DNA of 33,619 nt from Selaginella moellendorffii (taxonomy: Eukaryota > Plantae > Lycopodiophyta), in contig NW_003314282.1 of NCBI RefSeq assembly GCF_000143415.4, positions 1-33,619 on the forward strand, given 5' to 3'. The notes below the pieces were generated by a model. The model searched no databases, was not told the origin of the DNA, and saw only the letters and a list, made by a program, of their open reading frames with translations. Positions 1-12,493 of the stretch are shown here, in pieces. A program made the translations under genes and the position numbers. The first letter of the stretch is position 1. The number at the start of each line of letters is the position of its first letter.

Positions 1-960
1 CTGTGGCATGATCTGTCGAGTTCGAATCTATCCACAACAACCATGCCTTAAGTTGGTGATTTCCCTCCCACACAAGTAGTATCCGATTTGAAAGAATTTC
101 TTTCTATACAACATAAATTTCATCCTTCAAAGTGGCCTCAAATTTGATATTAAGACACTACCATATTTTATTCTAAGAAGCTATTTTCCCATTCAAAAGC
201 GCTAAACCCTTCGCCATAATAAGTTTGGACTCTATTTGCACAAAACTTTGTTGTTAAATGGAAAACCTAAGTTGGTCCACAATTTCCACTACTAATCATA
301 GTATTAGATTTTTGATTATGCGGTATAGAGTTACTCAAAGAGATGGAACTTTCTTTTTGATTATCAACTATTATAGTGAATCTAAAACAACTTTCACTTT
401 GAACTTAAAAGGATAATTGAATAAATGTTTATTTAAAGCTTCTTTTTGTATTCATGAGTTTGCTTTCGTTTTTCCTTTCTTTTAACCCCATCTTTAGCTC
501 CACTTGGTTCTTCTGTAACCATTCTTCTCTATGCAACTTTACTTTCCAAAAGGTCAAGGCCATCATCTTCTTCTTTTTCATCTTATTACTATTCTTCTTT
601 CTCAGACTCATCTTCAGGAAATTTGGGATTTTTTATCCACTCAAGATTCTCAATTTGCTCATTTTCTTAAAGATTGCTTAATGAAGCTTGAGAAAGGTTT
701 TCTGGCCCCCTCCTTTCGCCCCCCTGCCCCCTCTAACCTCCCTTTCCTTCCCCCCCCACTATGTGCCTATGTTCCTCGTAACATGCATAGTAATATTCTT
801 GATAAATATTGCCTCCTAACATATGTTCTAGCAACTTGCTAAAGTCTAGAAAGAGCAAGTATAAACCTAAAAAAAAAATTAAGATCAATAATTGCAAATC
901 AATATAGCTAAGTATAGGAATTAGCCATGAATCAAGCCACCACATTTTGCACAACCATAT

Positions 961-1470
961 TTGCATAAGGGGAGCTATAGTGCTACTCCCCCTCACACAG
1001 GAGCTCAGGTGGCAAGTCCCAGTTGTGGCACTCGCCACCACCCAAGTTGCCGAATGAGGGGGAGAAGTGCTATGGCTCCCCCCATGGCAGCTTTGAATGG
1101 TGGTGAGCACCACCACCCAAGCTGTCATGGGTGGAGCCACAGTGCCGCTCTCCCTTATGTGGCAGCTTGGATGGCAAGTTTGAGTGGTGGTGCTCACCAC
1201 CACTAGAGCACCACCACCCAAGCTACCATGGGGGGAACCACAGTGTTGCTCCCCCTCATGCAATACTTCGATGGTGGTGAGCGCCACCACTTGGACTTGC
1301 CATAGAGCAGGTATGGCATCGCTCCCCCTAATGCGGTAGCTCGGATGGTAGCGAGCGCCACCACTTGGACTTGCCGTGGGAGGAACTATAGTGCCACTCC
1401 CCCTCATTTTGCAACTTGGGTGGTGGTGAGTGCCACCACTTGGACTTGCCATTGGGGGATCCATGATGCC
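961..1470. repeat. GC-rich ~75-bp minisatellite with direct and inverted copies
   Basis: GCCACCACTTGGACTTGCC recurs at ~1282, ~1357 and ~1432 (period 75). 1011-1050 is the reverse complement of 1411-1450 with 3 mismatches. The flanks are AT-rich. Confidence 0.85.
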
Positions 1471-2551
1471 CCTCCCTCTTACGTGGCAGTGTGATTTTCA
1501 GCCAATTCCTATAATCGGGGCTGCTGTGAGAATTGCTATAGCATTGTTTGAGCTCTTATGGTAGATCGAGTTTGCCTAGCTTGGGCCACCATGGCCGCCG
1601 CACAATAAGGTGTGCTACCATGGCTCACCCCACAGTAGCATAGGATAAAGCACTAGATAGTCTTTCAACACTTACCAACAAACAAAAGTAAGATTTAGTC
1701 ATTTTAAAATATTATTTTATACATACTTTTAAATATTTTGTAGGATGCAAATTGTGATAGAAAACTCTAGAAGGAAATTTCTTTTTCTTGAGAAGTACTC
1801 AAGTCTTAATGCAGTTTTAAAGCTTAAAAATAAGTTTACTACAACTTTTTCCAAAGCATTACGTTTTCAGGATTAATCCAAGTTGAAGCCTAAAAACGAT
1901 GTCATGCAGCCAGGTATGGATTTGCAATACTCTTGAGTGTGTTTTGATCATACATACAGAATTCTCAAATGGTCAATAATGATTCCAAGGTAGATATGCA
2001 TTTATTTAGTTATTATATTAATAATATTTTTTAATTCTTGATGGTGATAATTGTTTGTGAGATGAAAGGAGAAGATACACTAGCTCAAATCTTTTTTGGA
2101 CATTACTAAATAAAATATATTAAGTTAGAATAGGATCTTTAACACCACAAATGTTTTATAATTTCATGAGTGATGAAGCACGAACAAATTGGCAAGTTAT
2201 TATAACTATCTATAATAGTGGTTTAGATAAGGTTTTAGTTGGACAAAAGAGTTCCACTAGGAGTAGAGTTTACACATACAGCAAAATGCACTTGAGTTGA
2301 ATACTGTGATAAACATAAGTAGTTATGTTGGAGATTAAAAAGTTGCAAACATTTTAGAAGATGCAAAAAAATAGTACAAGTTAATACATTTATGGTGGGC
2401 TGGAGATAATGTTTATTAGAAAGCAATTCCAAGACTACAAATTTGGCTAACATGGTAGTTTACTCATTTTCCTCATTCGGGGACTTTAGTTATTTATCAT
2501 GTGAGCAAGTATTAACATTGATCTTTTTTATTAATTCTTTTTCTATTGTAG

Positions 2552-3400
2552 ATGAGTTCTAAAACAATTGTTGCCCAAATTTCAACAACAAATCTTACTA
2601 AAAGTTACCATGCAATGTGGCTAGCAAAAACAAATAATTATAAACATGTACCTCTATTTAAAACTTGCTGGAATGACCTATCCTACAATAAACCTTTATA
2701 CACATTTATATGAAAGGCTAAGTTATAAAAAATGGATTAAATCTTAAGGATTTAGTGGCATGTTTATTTGCTATAACATCAATATGACTTCTTAGTCATA
2801 CACTCACACAAGTGATAAGATCAACTTTATATGATCTTGGAATTCGATTTGCAACAAAACCAACTAGGAACCTTAAAATTGTCAAAAGGAAGAGACAAAT
2901 AAATAAGCTAATACAATCGATAAATTTTACACCGTCTTGAGTATAAGTATGTTATTAGAAAATGAGGAAGACCAATGCTTTCGAAAAATCAAAAGCTTAA
3001 GTGTTTCTAAGTCAAAGAATAAAAGATTCATAAGATTGAGTGGGCTATATATCAATCTAGAATAAGATCTATAGTTAAGTGTCTTGCTTAGATTGAAGGA
3101 AAATTATGTGGTAAATAGATTATTATAGAAACTCTATACACTCCAACACCCTTTTTTGGGGATAACGACAATATAGTGATCCCTCACAACACTATGATTA
3201 GTTTATGTAGTTCTGTTAAACAGAAGTTTTGCACATATTATCTATTACAACACAGATTATTCAAAAACTAGAACATGTACCACATACTTAATTGAAGAAG
3301 GGGTGAACTTGAGCCACAACCACAAGCCCAACATTAATACTATTCTGAAGAAGTTTCAAAAACAAGAAACAACAAATGTGAGAAAATTACAAATACTTGG
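2552..3400 (+). mobile_element. Possible highly degenerate copia-type gag relic
   Basis: Translation from 2552 (MSSKTIVAQISTTNLTKSYHAMWLAKTNNY) loosely resembles the copia gag N-terminal L-x-G-x-N-Y-x-x-W motif. Many stops follow, and the boundaries are uncertain. Confidence 0.2.
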
Positions 3401-4225
3401 TCAAAGGAAGGAAAGGCAACATACTCAAAAGTATTATAGTTGAAGGTAAGAAAATCACTTTCCTCAATTTATTTTTTCTCTAACAAAAATAGGAGATGAA
3501 AACAGTGAGTATCTGAAAAGTTAAGAGTGTCAACATCAAGCAGTAATATTGTTATCATGAGCATACAATTTTCAGTTATCGAATTGATACTATAAACAGG
3601 AAAGTTTACAATTTCACAATCAAGAAATTCCCAAATTGCACTTGCATATACTTCTTTCAACATTAGATTTTTGATAAGTCTTTTATCCCTTGCAAATATA
3701 TATATTTTATATATTGTATGCTTCTTAGGATGGATTCAAATGTTAAACTTTAGATTCATTGCCTTGCAATGTCTAAACTTGAGGTGTTTATGACATTGAA
3801 AAAGAATTAGATATAGGTATTGTATTCAAATTTAATATAAGATAAATAATTTTTTATTTATAAATTACATCTAAAATAACATATAGCATTTCTTATAATA
3901 GGGATTTTATATAATAATGAAAAGTTTAATATAAATATACATGTATAAATACTAATTATTAAATATTAAAATAATAATTTCTTATGTAAATAAGTTGATA
4001 AGGCAAAACATCTATTAAATAGCAACTATTGCTACTAAGATTAGATACTGGTAGTTTACACAGATCTAAATATTATTAAAAAAATTAATTTGTTTTAAAG
4101 TACCTATTTAATAAAAATAATGCCACTAAAATTTTAATAGAATACTCTTTAGTGTGCCAGAATATTTTTAAAATATTCTTATCAACAGCAATGACTCCTT
4201 TGGCTCCCTATATTGGCAAATCCAA

Positions 4226-4432
4226 AAATACTCATATGTACATTATTCGATAAAAGTGGATTTCATTTTCACACATGATGTTGGCTATGTAGGTATATCC
4301 TGACTTCAGTGGAAAAGCCTGGTGTCAAGAAGGTATCCTAGCAATAAACTTTATTTGAATTTTCTTATAATCCTTCTTTTATATGGATTTGTTGAAGAGT
4401 CAAAAAACCAACAATATAGACATCACTCTACT
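4226..4432 (+). pseudogene. Duplicated genomic fragment of the SF3B2 gene (end of exon 14 to part of exon 16, both introns retained)
   Basis: Colinear with 22009-22217, for example GTGGAAAAGCCTGGTGTCAAGAAGGTATCCT is identical. About 29 substitutions and one 2-nt deletion by hand alignment. Confidence 0.95.
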
Positions 4433-4559
4433 ACTAATCCCAACAAAATAAAGAGGGTTGTCCTCAATATGATATTAAAAATGTTAATGCTAAAACAACA
4501 AGTTATTATTAAATAATACAAGATTCTTAAACCCCTCCCAAAGCTTTTAGATCCACAAC

Positions 4560-5350
4560 TCAATCTTTGAGCTTCACAAACCTTGTCAAGAAAAGGTAAA
4601 TTTTGCTCCACACCTTATAAATACTAAATATAAACTTCTTAAAACCCAAACTACTGCTAAACACTCTTTCTCTACTGTGGAATAGTTCACCTCTACTTAT
4701 TGTAATATACAGTTAATATATACAATAGGATAATGCCAACCAAGCACACTCAGACTCTCTTGCATTAACACCCCTCTGAAACCGATATCATAAGCATCCA
4801 CATGTAAAATAAAAAGTTGAGTGTAATCAGGATATGTTAAAATTGGAGGAATCATTAATAGCTTTTTGAGATCCATAAATTCATGCTCATAATCTTTAGA
4901 CCAGATGAAAAATGATGTTAATAACTTCAGTAACACTCACAATGATGCAGTACGATCAAAAATATAATCAACAAAACAATTGAGATATTACACTTTGCTT
5001 AAGAGACATTATACATCATTCACACATTTTGGAGTAAGGAACCTTAGAATAACCATTAATTTATCAAGATCTTCACAAGAAATATGGTATCTAAGATAAA
5101 TTATATTTTTGGACTCAAATATACACTTTAATTTTGAACCAACTTTTTGCAACCAATCCAACACCACATCACAAATATGCTCCTCTTATGTCCCCTTTGA
5201 GTGGATCAAGACATCATCAATGAAATCAATAATCACCTTCAGTATATCACAAAATAAATTTTCCATCATTTGTTGGAAAATTGTTGGCAAGAAATGGAGC
5301 TAAAGAATATGCAACAAAAAGTGAAAAAGGTAATATCTCATAATATTGTA
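4560..5350 (-). mobile_element. Degenerate Ty3/gypsy pol fragment (RT and RNase H)
   Basis: Minus-strand motifs: FQQMM...FIDDVLIHS (RT), ILTYPDYTQLFILHVDAYDIGFRGVLMQE and YSTVEKECLAVVW (gypsy RNase H). Frameshifts and stops; no LTR found. Confidence 0.85.
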
Positions 5351-5399
5351 TATATCGAAAAGCATCATTAAGGGTGGTTGGAGCAAGTGCATGCACAAG

Positions 5400-7387
5400 T
5401 CTTATAAGATTTTGATGAAATGTTGGCCATAACATTCTTAACTTGATCCATTCTGATATATTTAACTCTAAACAAAGCAAGAGGCTCCAAAAGCAAATGC
5501 TAAATTGCATCACTAACTAAAACAACCTTTAATAAAGACAATGCAATTGTTATAAGACATTATTACAATTGTTGATATGTTCAGCCCATGTGATGGCACC
5601 TCCTGAGAAGGAAAGGCAAATGCCAGAAGTAAAGTGATGGCATTTGTTGTTGGCAAAACTAGCATCTGTATAGCATGTCAATGATGCATTACCCCCTGAA
5701 TAAGTAATGCTATAGTCCATAGTGCTTTGGAGGTATCTCACAATATGCTTGGCAGCTTGCCAATGTATAGTGGTTGGTGATATGTTGTACTGACTCAAGG
5801 CAAGTTGCATATGTGATGTCGGAGCAAGTCATCAAGGCTAAATATATGAGGCAACCAATGAGATGCTGATAGGGAGTCCTAGTAAGTAAATTGCTCAACT
5901 GTGAGGTCAATAGCACCAACAACCATTGGCGTCTTGACGGGGTGGCAATCACGTATACCAAACCAATCCAGCAAGACTTTGACTTTATGTCATTGGCTAA
6001 GCATATAGCCACCAAACTTAGGATTGCGTGTGACTTCAAAGCCAAGAAAGTAGGAGACTTGGCCAAGGTCCTTCATCTGGAATTGCTAGTTGAGAGCAGC
6101 TTTTAGAGCAACAATGGCATTAGTGTCATCACCCATGATGAGCAAATCATCAACGTAGAGGGCCACAATAAGCATGCTCTCAGCATGACCATTCACATAC
6201 ACATTGTGATCGAGCATGTAATAAATTTTTTGATACCAAATACAGGAGCTCTGTTTTAGGCCATACAAAGCTTTCCCAATTGCCATATAGGGCCACCAGG
6301 GGCAACATCGTCCTCAAAACTAGGAGGTATATGCATATAGATGTCCTCTTGCAAATCCCCATTAAAAACATACAGTTTTGACATCTATATAGTGGACTTG
6401 CCATTTACAAGCAGCCGTAAGTTCAAAAAGGGTATGGATGCTGGCCATTTTTACAACTGGTGAGAATGTTTCATTGTAGTCAAGGCCATGGACTTGGCAA
6501 AAACTGCAAACAACCAACCATGCCTTATAATGTATAACCTGACCATCTTTCCCATACTTTTTGGAAAAACTCTATTTTAGATCCAAAACACGTTGTCCCA
6601 ATGGCGCTAAATCAACTGGAACATAAGTTCCATTAACCAGAATGGAAGCAACTTCTTCCACAATGGCTTCCATCCAAGATGTGAGATGGCCTCATCATAG
6701 GTTATGGGGATGCCGATGTCAACAAGGCCATAAAAGTCATCAAGCTCTGTAGCATCTGCTTCAGCATTTTCCTGGACTTTCAATGAGGGCCGACATTCCC
6801 GGGGGTGATCAAGAACTGGCATCGGATCAGGCATGCCACGACGTCGACAAAGTGGTGGAGGTGTTGGAGGCTTGTCCTCGACTAGAGGAGCATCAGCTGG
6901 TTCAAGCATGTCTAGAATTGGAGGATTCCCCAGTGGAATCTCTAGCAGCAACTCATGAATAGGATCTTGAGGTGGAGGTAAGAGTGGACCATCTCCCATA
7001 AGTGGGATCAAAGGAACAAGTTGAGTCTTAGCAATGAAAGAAAGATCTTGAAGAGCCTCTACATGCATGGGAAAGTCACTTTCGTTGAACATGATGTCTA
7101 TACTTACAAGAGCCTTGTGAGATGCAAAATCCCACAACTTGTAAGCTTTTCTCCTGATGGTGTCATCCTGTGCATATCCCACAAAGATGAATTTTTTACT
7201 TTTGGGATCTAGCTTTTTCCAAAGTTGATTAGAGGTATGTGCGTATGTTGCACAACCGAAGACCTAAAAGTGGGACACATCAAGAATAGAACCTGTCCAA
7301 AATGGGTTTTTCCATCCAAAGCAGCCGTGGCAAGGTGATTTTGGACATGCATTGTTGTGGCTATGGCCTCTTGCCAAAACATCTTAT
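5400..7387 (-). mobile_element. Ty1/copia pol, 3' part (integrase C-terminus, RT, RNase H), degenerate
   Basis: Motifs FWQEAIAT, GYAQ..KAYKLWD, GLDYNETFSPVVK, KALYGLKQS, LYVDDLLIMG, PYQHLIGCLIYL, HWQAAKHIVRYL, YTDASFA and SGGAITW occur in copia INT-RT-RH order. The 3' LTR is not found. Confidence 0.95.
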
Positions 7388-8529
7388 TGTAAGGAACCAA
7401 CTCCCCGAGGTGTCGTAGGCTAAAGGATCCCCGAAAACACAACCGAAATGATAAAGAGTTCATCGGATGGGACTGAGTCTGAGATCGAGTCCAAGACCGA
7501 CTCTAAGACCGAGTTCAAGATAGAGTCCGAGATCGAGTCCAAGGCCGACTCCAAGACAAAGTTCGAGACCGAGTTCGAGATAGAGTCCGAGATCCAAGAT
7601 CGGGTCCAAGACCGAGTCTGAGGTCGAGTCCGAAGTCGAGTCCGAAATTGGGTCCGAGGTCGAGTTCGAGATCGAGTCCGAGACTGAATCTGAAGTCGGG
7701 TCCGAGATCGAGTCTGAGATCGAGTCCGAGACTGAGTCCGAGTACTAATATAGGTTGAGGGGTGAAAGCCCAAAGCGTGTGTCTCCCAGGGGGGGGGGCC
7801 TGTAGGGGGTTCCAAAAGTATAGTAGAGATAGTGAGGTCCAGGAACCAGTCTTGAAGGAACTCTCTAGTGGTGCTTCCAAACTGACTTGAGGTTGAGACT
7901 GGGACTAAGAGGCCTTGGGTGGGAGTGAGCATGGACTTGGGTGGTGCCGAAGGGGCCACCCAAGGAAGTGCTCAAGAGCAGCTCCCACTGCCGGAAGGGA
8001 AACCGACTACGGTGCTCCCGGCTCATGTGGAGTGGTGCCCCACTTGAGTACCTTGTGGCTCATTGGTCCTCGCCCTTCCTAGGGGCTTGGGCCTTCCCTT
8101 TGGGAAGGAAATGGGGGGGTAGAAGTACCCATACCGGGCTGTTAGGCCACGGTGTTTCACCCCGGTGTCCCGAAGCAAGTGTTGCACCCAAGGCTTGGGA
8201 TTTAAAGGGTCCCATGATCAAGTCTTGTTGTACCAAGGGATGTTAGGAACCTAGAGGCTTGGTGTGTTTGGCTGCTTGTGTCTGCAGGGAGTGTAGCCGA
8301 AGCTTTAGTCTAACCCGGGGAGGGGGATTGGGAGAGATTTGGGAATCCGTGGATGGAGGGCTAACGCTCCATTGCTCGTGCAGTGAGTAGTTGAAACCAA
8401 GTAGGACCAAGTAGGAGCTGGTACAATAGGCAGGAACTTTGGCGAGGGAACTTAGCTAAAACCAAGTCGGTGTTGGTTGAATAGATGAGGTAAGCTGGCA
8501 AATTGGAAAGGAAAAATTTGTTGCTTACA
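7388..8529 (+). repeat. 5' LTR of the chromovirus (1142 bp)
   Basis: Direct repeat of 13726-14853. Starts TGTAAG, ends CTTACA, and is followed by the PBS. Confidence 0.97.
7475..7743 (+). repeat. 12-bp tandem array (GAGTCCGAGATC-like) inside the 5' LTR
   Basis: Degenerate repeats of GAGTCCGAGAYC. A counterpart lies at ~13813-14068 in the 3' LTR. Confidence 0.9.
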
Positions 8530-8532
8530 ATT

Positions 8533-8545
8533 TGGTATTAGAGCC
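8533..8545 (+). other. Primer binding site, initiator tRNA-Met
   Basis: TGGTATTAGAGCC lies 3 nt after the LTR and is one C>T change from the canonical TGGTATCAGAGCC. Confidence 0.92.
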
Positions 8546-11500
8546 TTTTTCTCAGTTCTAGCGAAGGATAGAGGCGGATTGCTAGGAGATGGCAAAGGTA
8601 GGGCGGAAACGAACTAAGGCGGAGACGAAACCTCCTCCAAAGCTGGAGCCTCCGGTTGAACAAGAGGCTATAGATGAGGAATCCTTGTATGAGGAGGACT
8701 CAAGTGAGGAAACCTCCAAACAAGAGTCTGGTGGTGAGGTTCGGTAGTCCAAGGCTCGATTGGACGTTCTAGAAGGACAATTGGCTCTACTGGAGACTCT
8801 CATATGCCCTGCTGGAGACTCTTGTACACAAGCTAAAGTGTGACGAGAAGCGGAAAAAAAGGCAAAAGATTGTAGATGCTGGCAGTGCAGAAGGTGCGAA
8901 CCCTTCGGCAGGGACTGAAGCAGAACCAAACAAGGTCGAACAGACTGAAATGGAATCAGTCTCTTAGACAGTTCCCAAGTACAAACCAAAGCCCCCACTG
9001 GTCTTTAAGGGAGTGAATGACTATAAGGTGGTGGAGGATTAGTTTTACGATATGGAGGACTACTTCCGAGCTTTGCAGTTACCGAGCTCGGAGAAGGTCC
9101 CATGTGCAAAACTATGTTTGGCAGATAATGCCAAGTTTTGGTGGAGAACAACAGAGGCCAATGAAGGACCGGTGGCCACTTGGGAAATGATGAACGTGAG
9201 GATCCGCGCGACTTATATTCCTCCAAATGCTACTCTGAATCTAAGGGATGAGCTGAGTAGGCTGAAGCAGACTGGAACCATTCAAGAGTATGTGAATGGG
9301 TTTATGGCAAAGAGGATACTTGTCATGGATATGGGTGATATAAATGTGTTCCATGCCTTTATATTAGGCTTGCAAACCTGGGCTCGCGGCGAGGTGATGC
9401 GTTGGAACCCGACTAACTACAAGGAAGCAATGCGGCTATCAAGGTGCATTTCAATGATAACCTGCAAAAGGGGAACACGATGGGGTCGGGGTCCACGTTT
9501 AGCAAAGGGGCCAAACCAAGGGGAACATATAGCAAACGGAAATTCAAGAGGAGTTTCTCTAAGAATGAGTTCTCGGGGTTCCGGAAAGGCAAATCCAGTG
9601 GCCAGCGAGCAAATACGTGGGGGAGTCAAACAAAAAGAGACAAACCCATGGATAAAAAGGTCAAGTCTGTTAGCAGCGTGGGAAACAACGTATATTACAA
9701 CTGCGGTGAAGCGGGACACTTTTCGAGGGAATGTCCCTACCCAAAGAAGGCCAAAGCCAATATAGCCATTAAGTCAGGTGAAATCCAAGCTGAGGTATGT
9801 GATTTAGTCCTTAGCTCAAAGTTACTCATTACACGAGCAACTTTGATAGAGAGTCATTCGCGACATCTATTAGCCCTTTGAGGGAAGCTTGGAGATAGCT
9901 TTGTTAAGATCCTTATTGACACGGGTGCTTTGGATAATTTTGTGGCTGCAGACATAGTCCAGCAAGCCGGACTAATGGTGCAGTAGCTGGGTGAACCAAG
10001 GACGATAGAGTTTGTTCAAGGTAGCCAAAGCACCGATGAGATACTTCGACAAGCGAGAGTCGAAGTAGGGACATGAAAAGTAGACATGGATTTCACCGTG
10101 TTGGACAAAGCGGGATTTGACGTAATCTTTGGGATGGATTGGTTCAATCGGTTTGTGGTAGCCCTACATGGACAATAGAGGAACCTTGTGGTATTGGCGA
10201 ATGCCTGGGGAGAATGATCCAGGGTGAAGGCCCAGGATCTAAAGGTAAAGCAATGTAAGGCCAAAAACTCTTGCTTAAACCTAGTGTTCACAAGAGGACA
10301 ACTCACTAAAGGAACCAAAACAACATTTTTGTGCTTATTCTCGGTGAAGAATGACAAAAAGACAGGAATAGAAGAAGTACATTTAGTGATCTAGCGAGTG
10401 TTGGACCAATTCTAGGATACCATGCCAGAGGAGCTACTGGATAGAACACAAGATTGAGCTGGTCGAGGGTGCTAAGGCAATAGTTCATCCCCCCTATCGT
10501 TTGAATGAAAAGGAACTCAAGGAAGCTCAAGTGCCAACTAGAAGAGTTGGTGGGCAAAGGGTATGTTAAGTTGAGTAAGTCACCATATGGGGCGCCGATG
10601 TTATTTGTGAAAAAGAAAGATGGATCTATGTGCATATGCATAGACTACCGGTTGCCCAACAAGTATACAAAGAAGAACAAATACCTTTTGCCAAGGATTG
10701 AGGACCTGTTCGATAAGTTGGGAAAGGCAAAATACTTCTTGAGGATTGATCTAATGTCAAGATACTACCAAATCAAGGTAGTAAAGGAAGATGTCGAGAA
10801 GACAACCTGTCGAACAAGGTATGGAAGCTTTAAGTTTTTGGTGATGCCCTTTGGGCTGTGCAATGCGTTGGCAACTTTTTTGGCACTGATGAACCACATC
10901 TTTGTACCTTATCTAGATCACTTCGTGATCGTCTATATTGATGACATCCTGATCTATAGCGAGACACTAGAGGATCATGCCGAACACTTAACGAAGGTGT
11001 TTGAGAAACTAAGGGAACACAAACTATATGCTAAAAAGAGCAAATATGACTTTGCTCAATAAGAGGTAAAGTTTCTTGGGCATGTGGTGGGCCAGGACGG
11101 GCTCAAGGTGGACCCTGAGAAGGTTCAAGCGATCCAGGAATGGGAGTGACCATCGAATGTACATGAGTTGAGGGCATTCTTGGGGCTATGCAACTACTAC
11201 TGAAAGTTTATCAAACACTATTTGAGAGTAGCTCTGCCCTTAACAGACCAAACGGGTAAAGGGAAGATGGTTTGGATAATAGAATGTGAGGCGGCATTTG
11301 TCCACCTCAAAGAGAAGTTGAGGAAGACACCCGTGTTAGTGTTATTTGACTTTGGTAAGGACTTTGAGGTAGAAACGGATGCTTTGGACTTTGCGTTGGG
11401 TGCAGTTTTGAAGCAAGACAACCATCCAGTGGCGTTTTTCTCGAAGAAGTTGGACAAAGCTCAGCGAAAGTGGCTTGCCCACGAGAAGGAATTATTTGCA

Positions 11501-12446
11501 GTGGTCAAGGCGCTCAAGGAGTGGCGACACTACCTCATGAGGCACTTCAAAGTTTACACGAATAATGTGGCAACAAAACACTTCTTATCACAACCCGACC
11601 TAAGAGGGAAACAAGGTCAGTGGGCCAATGCTTTGGCTGAGTATGATTGCGAGATTCTGTATAAATCTGGGTAGAGCAACATCGTGGCAAATGCTCTAAT
11701 CTGAAAAGCAAGCTTGAAGTTGGCAATATCTAGCGCGACAGCAACCTTTTAGGACGATGTGCGAACAACGTATGAGAACGATGGTCTAGCACAAGAAGTG
11801 TTGTGGAGGAACCAAGAGGTGCGAGAAGCTCACCAGAGAGGTGAGTTGCCAACAGAAGAGAAAACAGGTTATGCAGAACGCAATGGACTCATCTATTATA
11901 AACAGACGAGAGTGTATGTTCCAGAAGGGGAACTAAGGAAGGTAGCCTTAGAAGAGTGTCATGACAGACCTCTTGTGGGACACGGCAGAGTGCCTAAGAT
12001 GATAGGCTTACTCAAGAGGAAGTATCACTGGCCAGATATGGCTAAGGACGTCCAAGACTATGTAAAGACATGTCCAACATGTCAGCAGGTCAAAGCTGTG
12101 ACTAAGGCTAGTGGGGGCTTGTTACAAAGCATCCCAATTCCAGATCGGCCATGGAAATGTCTTAGGATGGACTTCATCACAAGACTACCCCCAAGCAAGG
12201 GGTTCGATGTGATATTCGTGGTGGTGGACCGATTTTCGAAGATGTCACATTTCATACCCACCACACCGGAAGTGGATGCAAAAGGTGTGGCGAAGCTATT
12301 CTTTGAATAAATGGTTCGAGTGCGGGGAAGGCCAGAAGAGATCATCTTAGATCGGGATAAGATTTTCACTAGTAGGTTCTGGAGAACTCTCCTGGAACAG
12401 TATCGCACTAAATTGAAATTCAGCACAGCCTATCACCTATAGACAG

Positions 12447-12493
12447 GTATTGGGTATTAAGTCAAGTTTGATGGCACTAACACTTCTTGACAG
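12447..12493 (+). other. Putative 47-nt spliceosomal intron in the integrase core
   Basis: CAG|GTATTG...CACTAAC..TTCTTGACAG|AT. Removal restores STAYH..TD.QT..VNKQLEDYL in frame. Confidence 0.8.

Noticed and set aside
1-700. Minus-strand coding-like, Lys/Glu-rich stretch
   Set aside because: Interrupted by stops with no recognisable motif, so it cannot be assigned.
733-1464. 243-aa minus-strand ORF with internal repeats
   Set aside because: It is a by-product of the GC-rich 75-bp repeat and has no recognisable domain.
961-1470. CRISPR-like appearance of regularly spaced palindromic repeats
   Set aside because: The intervening segments are homologous to each other rather than unique spacers, the context is eukaryotic, and no cas genes are present.
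5335-5348. 13/14-nt inverted match to 18269-18282 at the other end of the copia
   Set aside because: The match is short and AT-rich, lies in gypsy RT-like coding sequence, and LTRs are direct rather than inverted repeats. Treated as chance.
7420-8246. Several 100-180 aa ORFs in the LTRs (also 13798-14067, 14260-14484 and 16630-17207)
   Set aside because: They are low-complexity translations of the 12-bp arrays and GC-rich LTR sequence, and are not preserved at the same length between the two LTRs.
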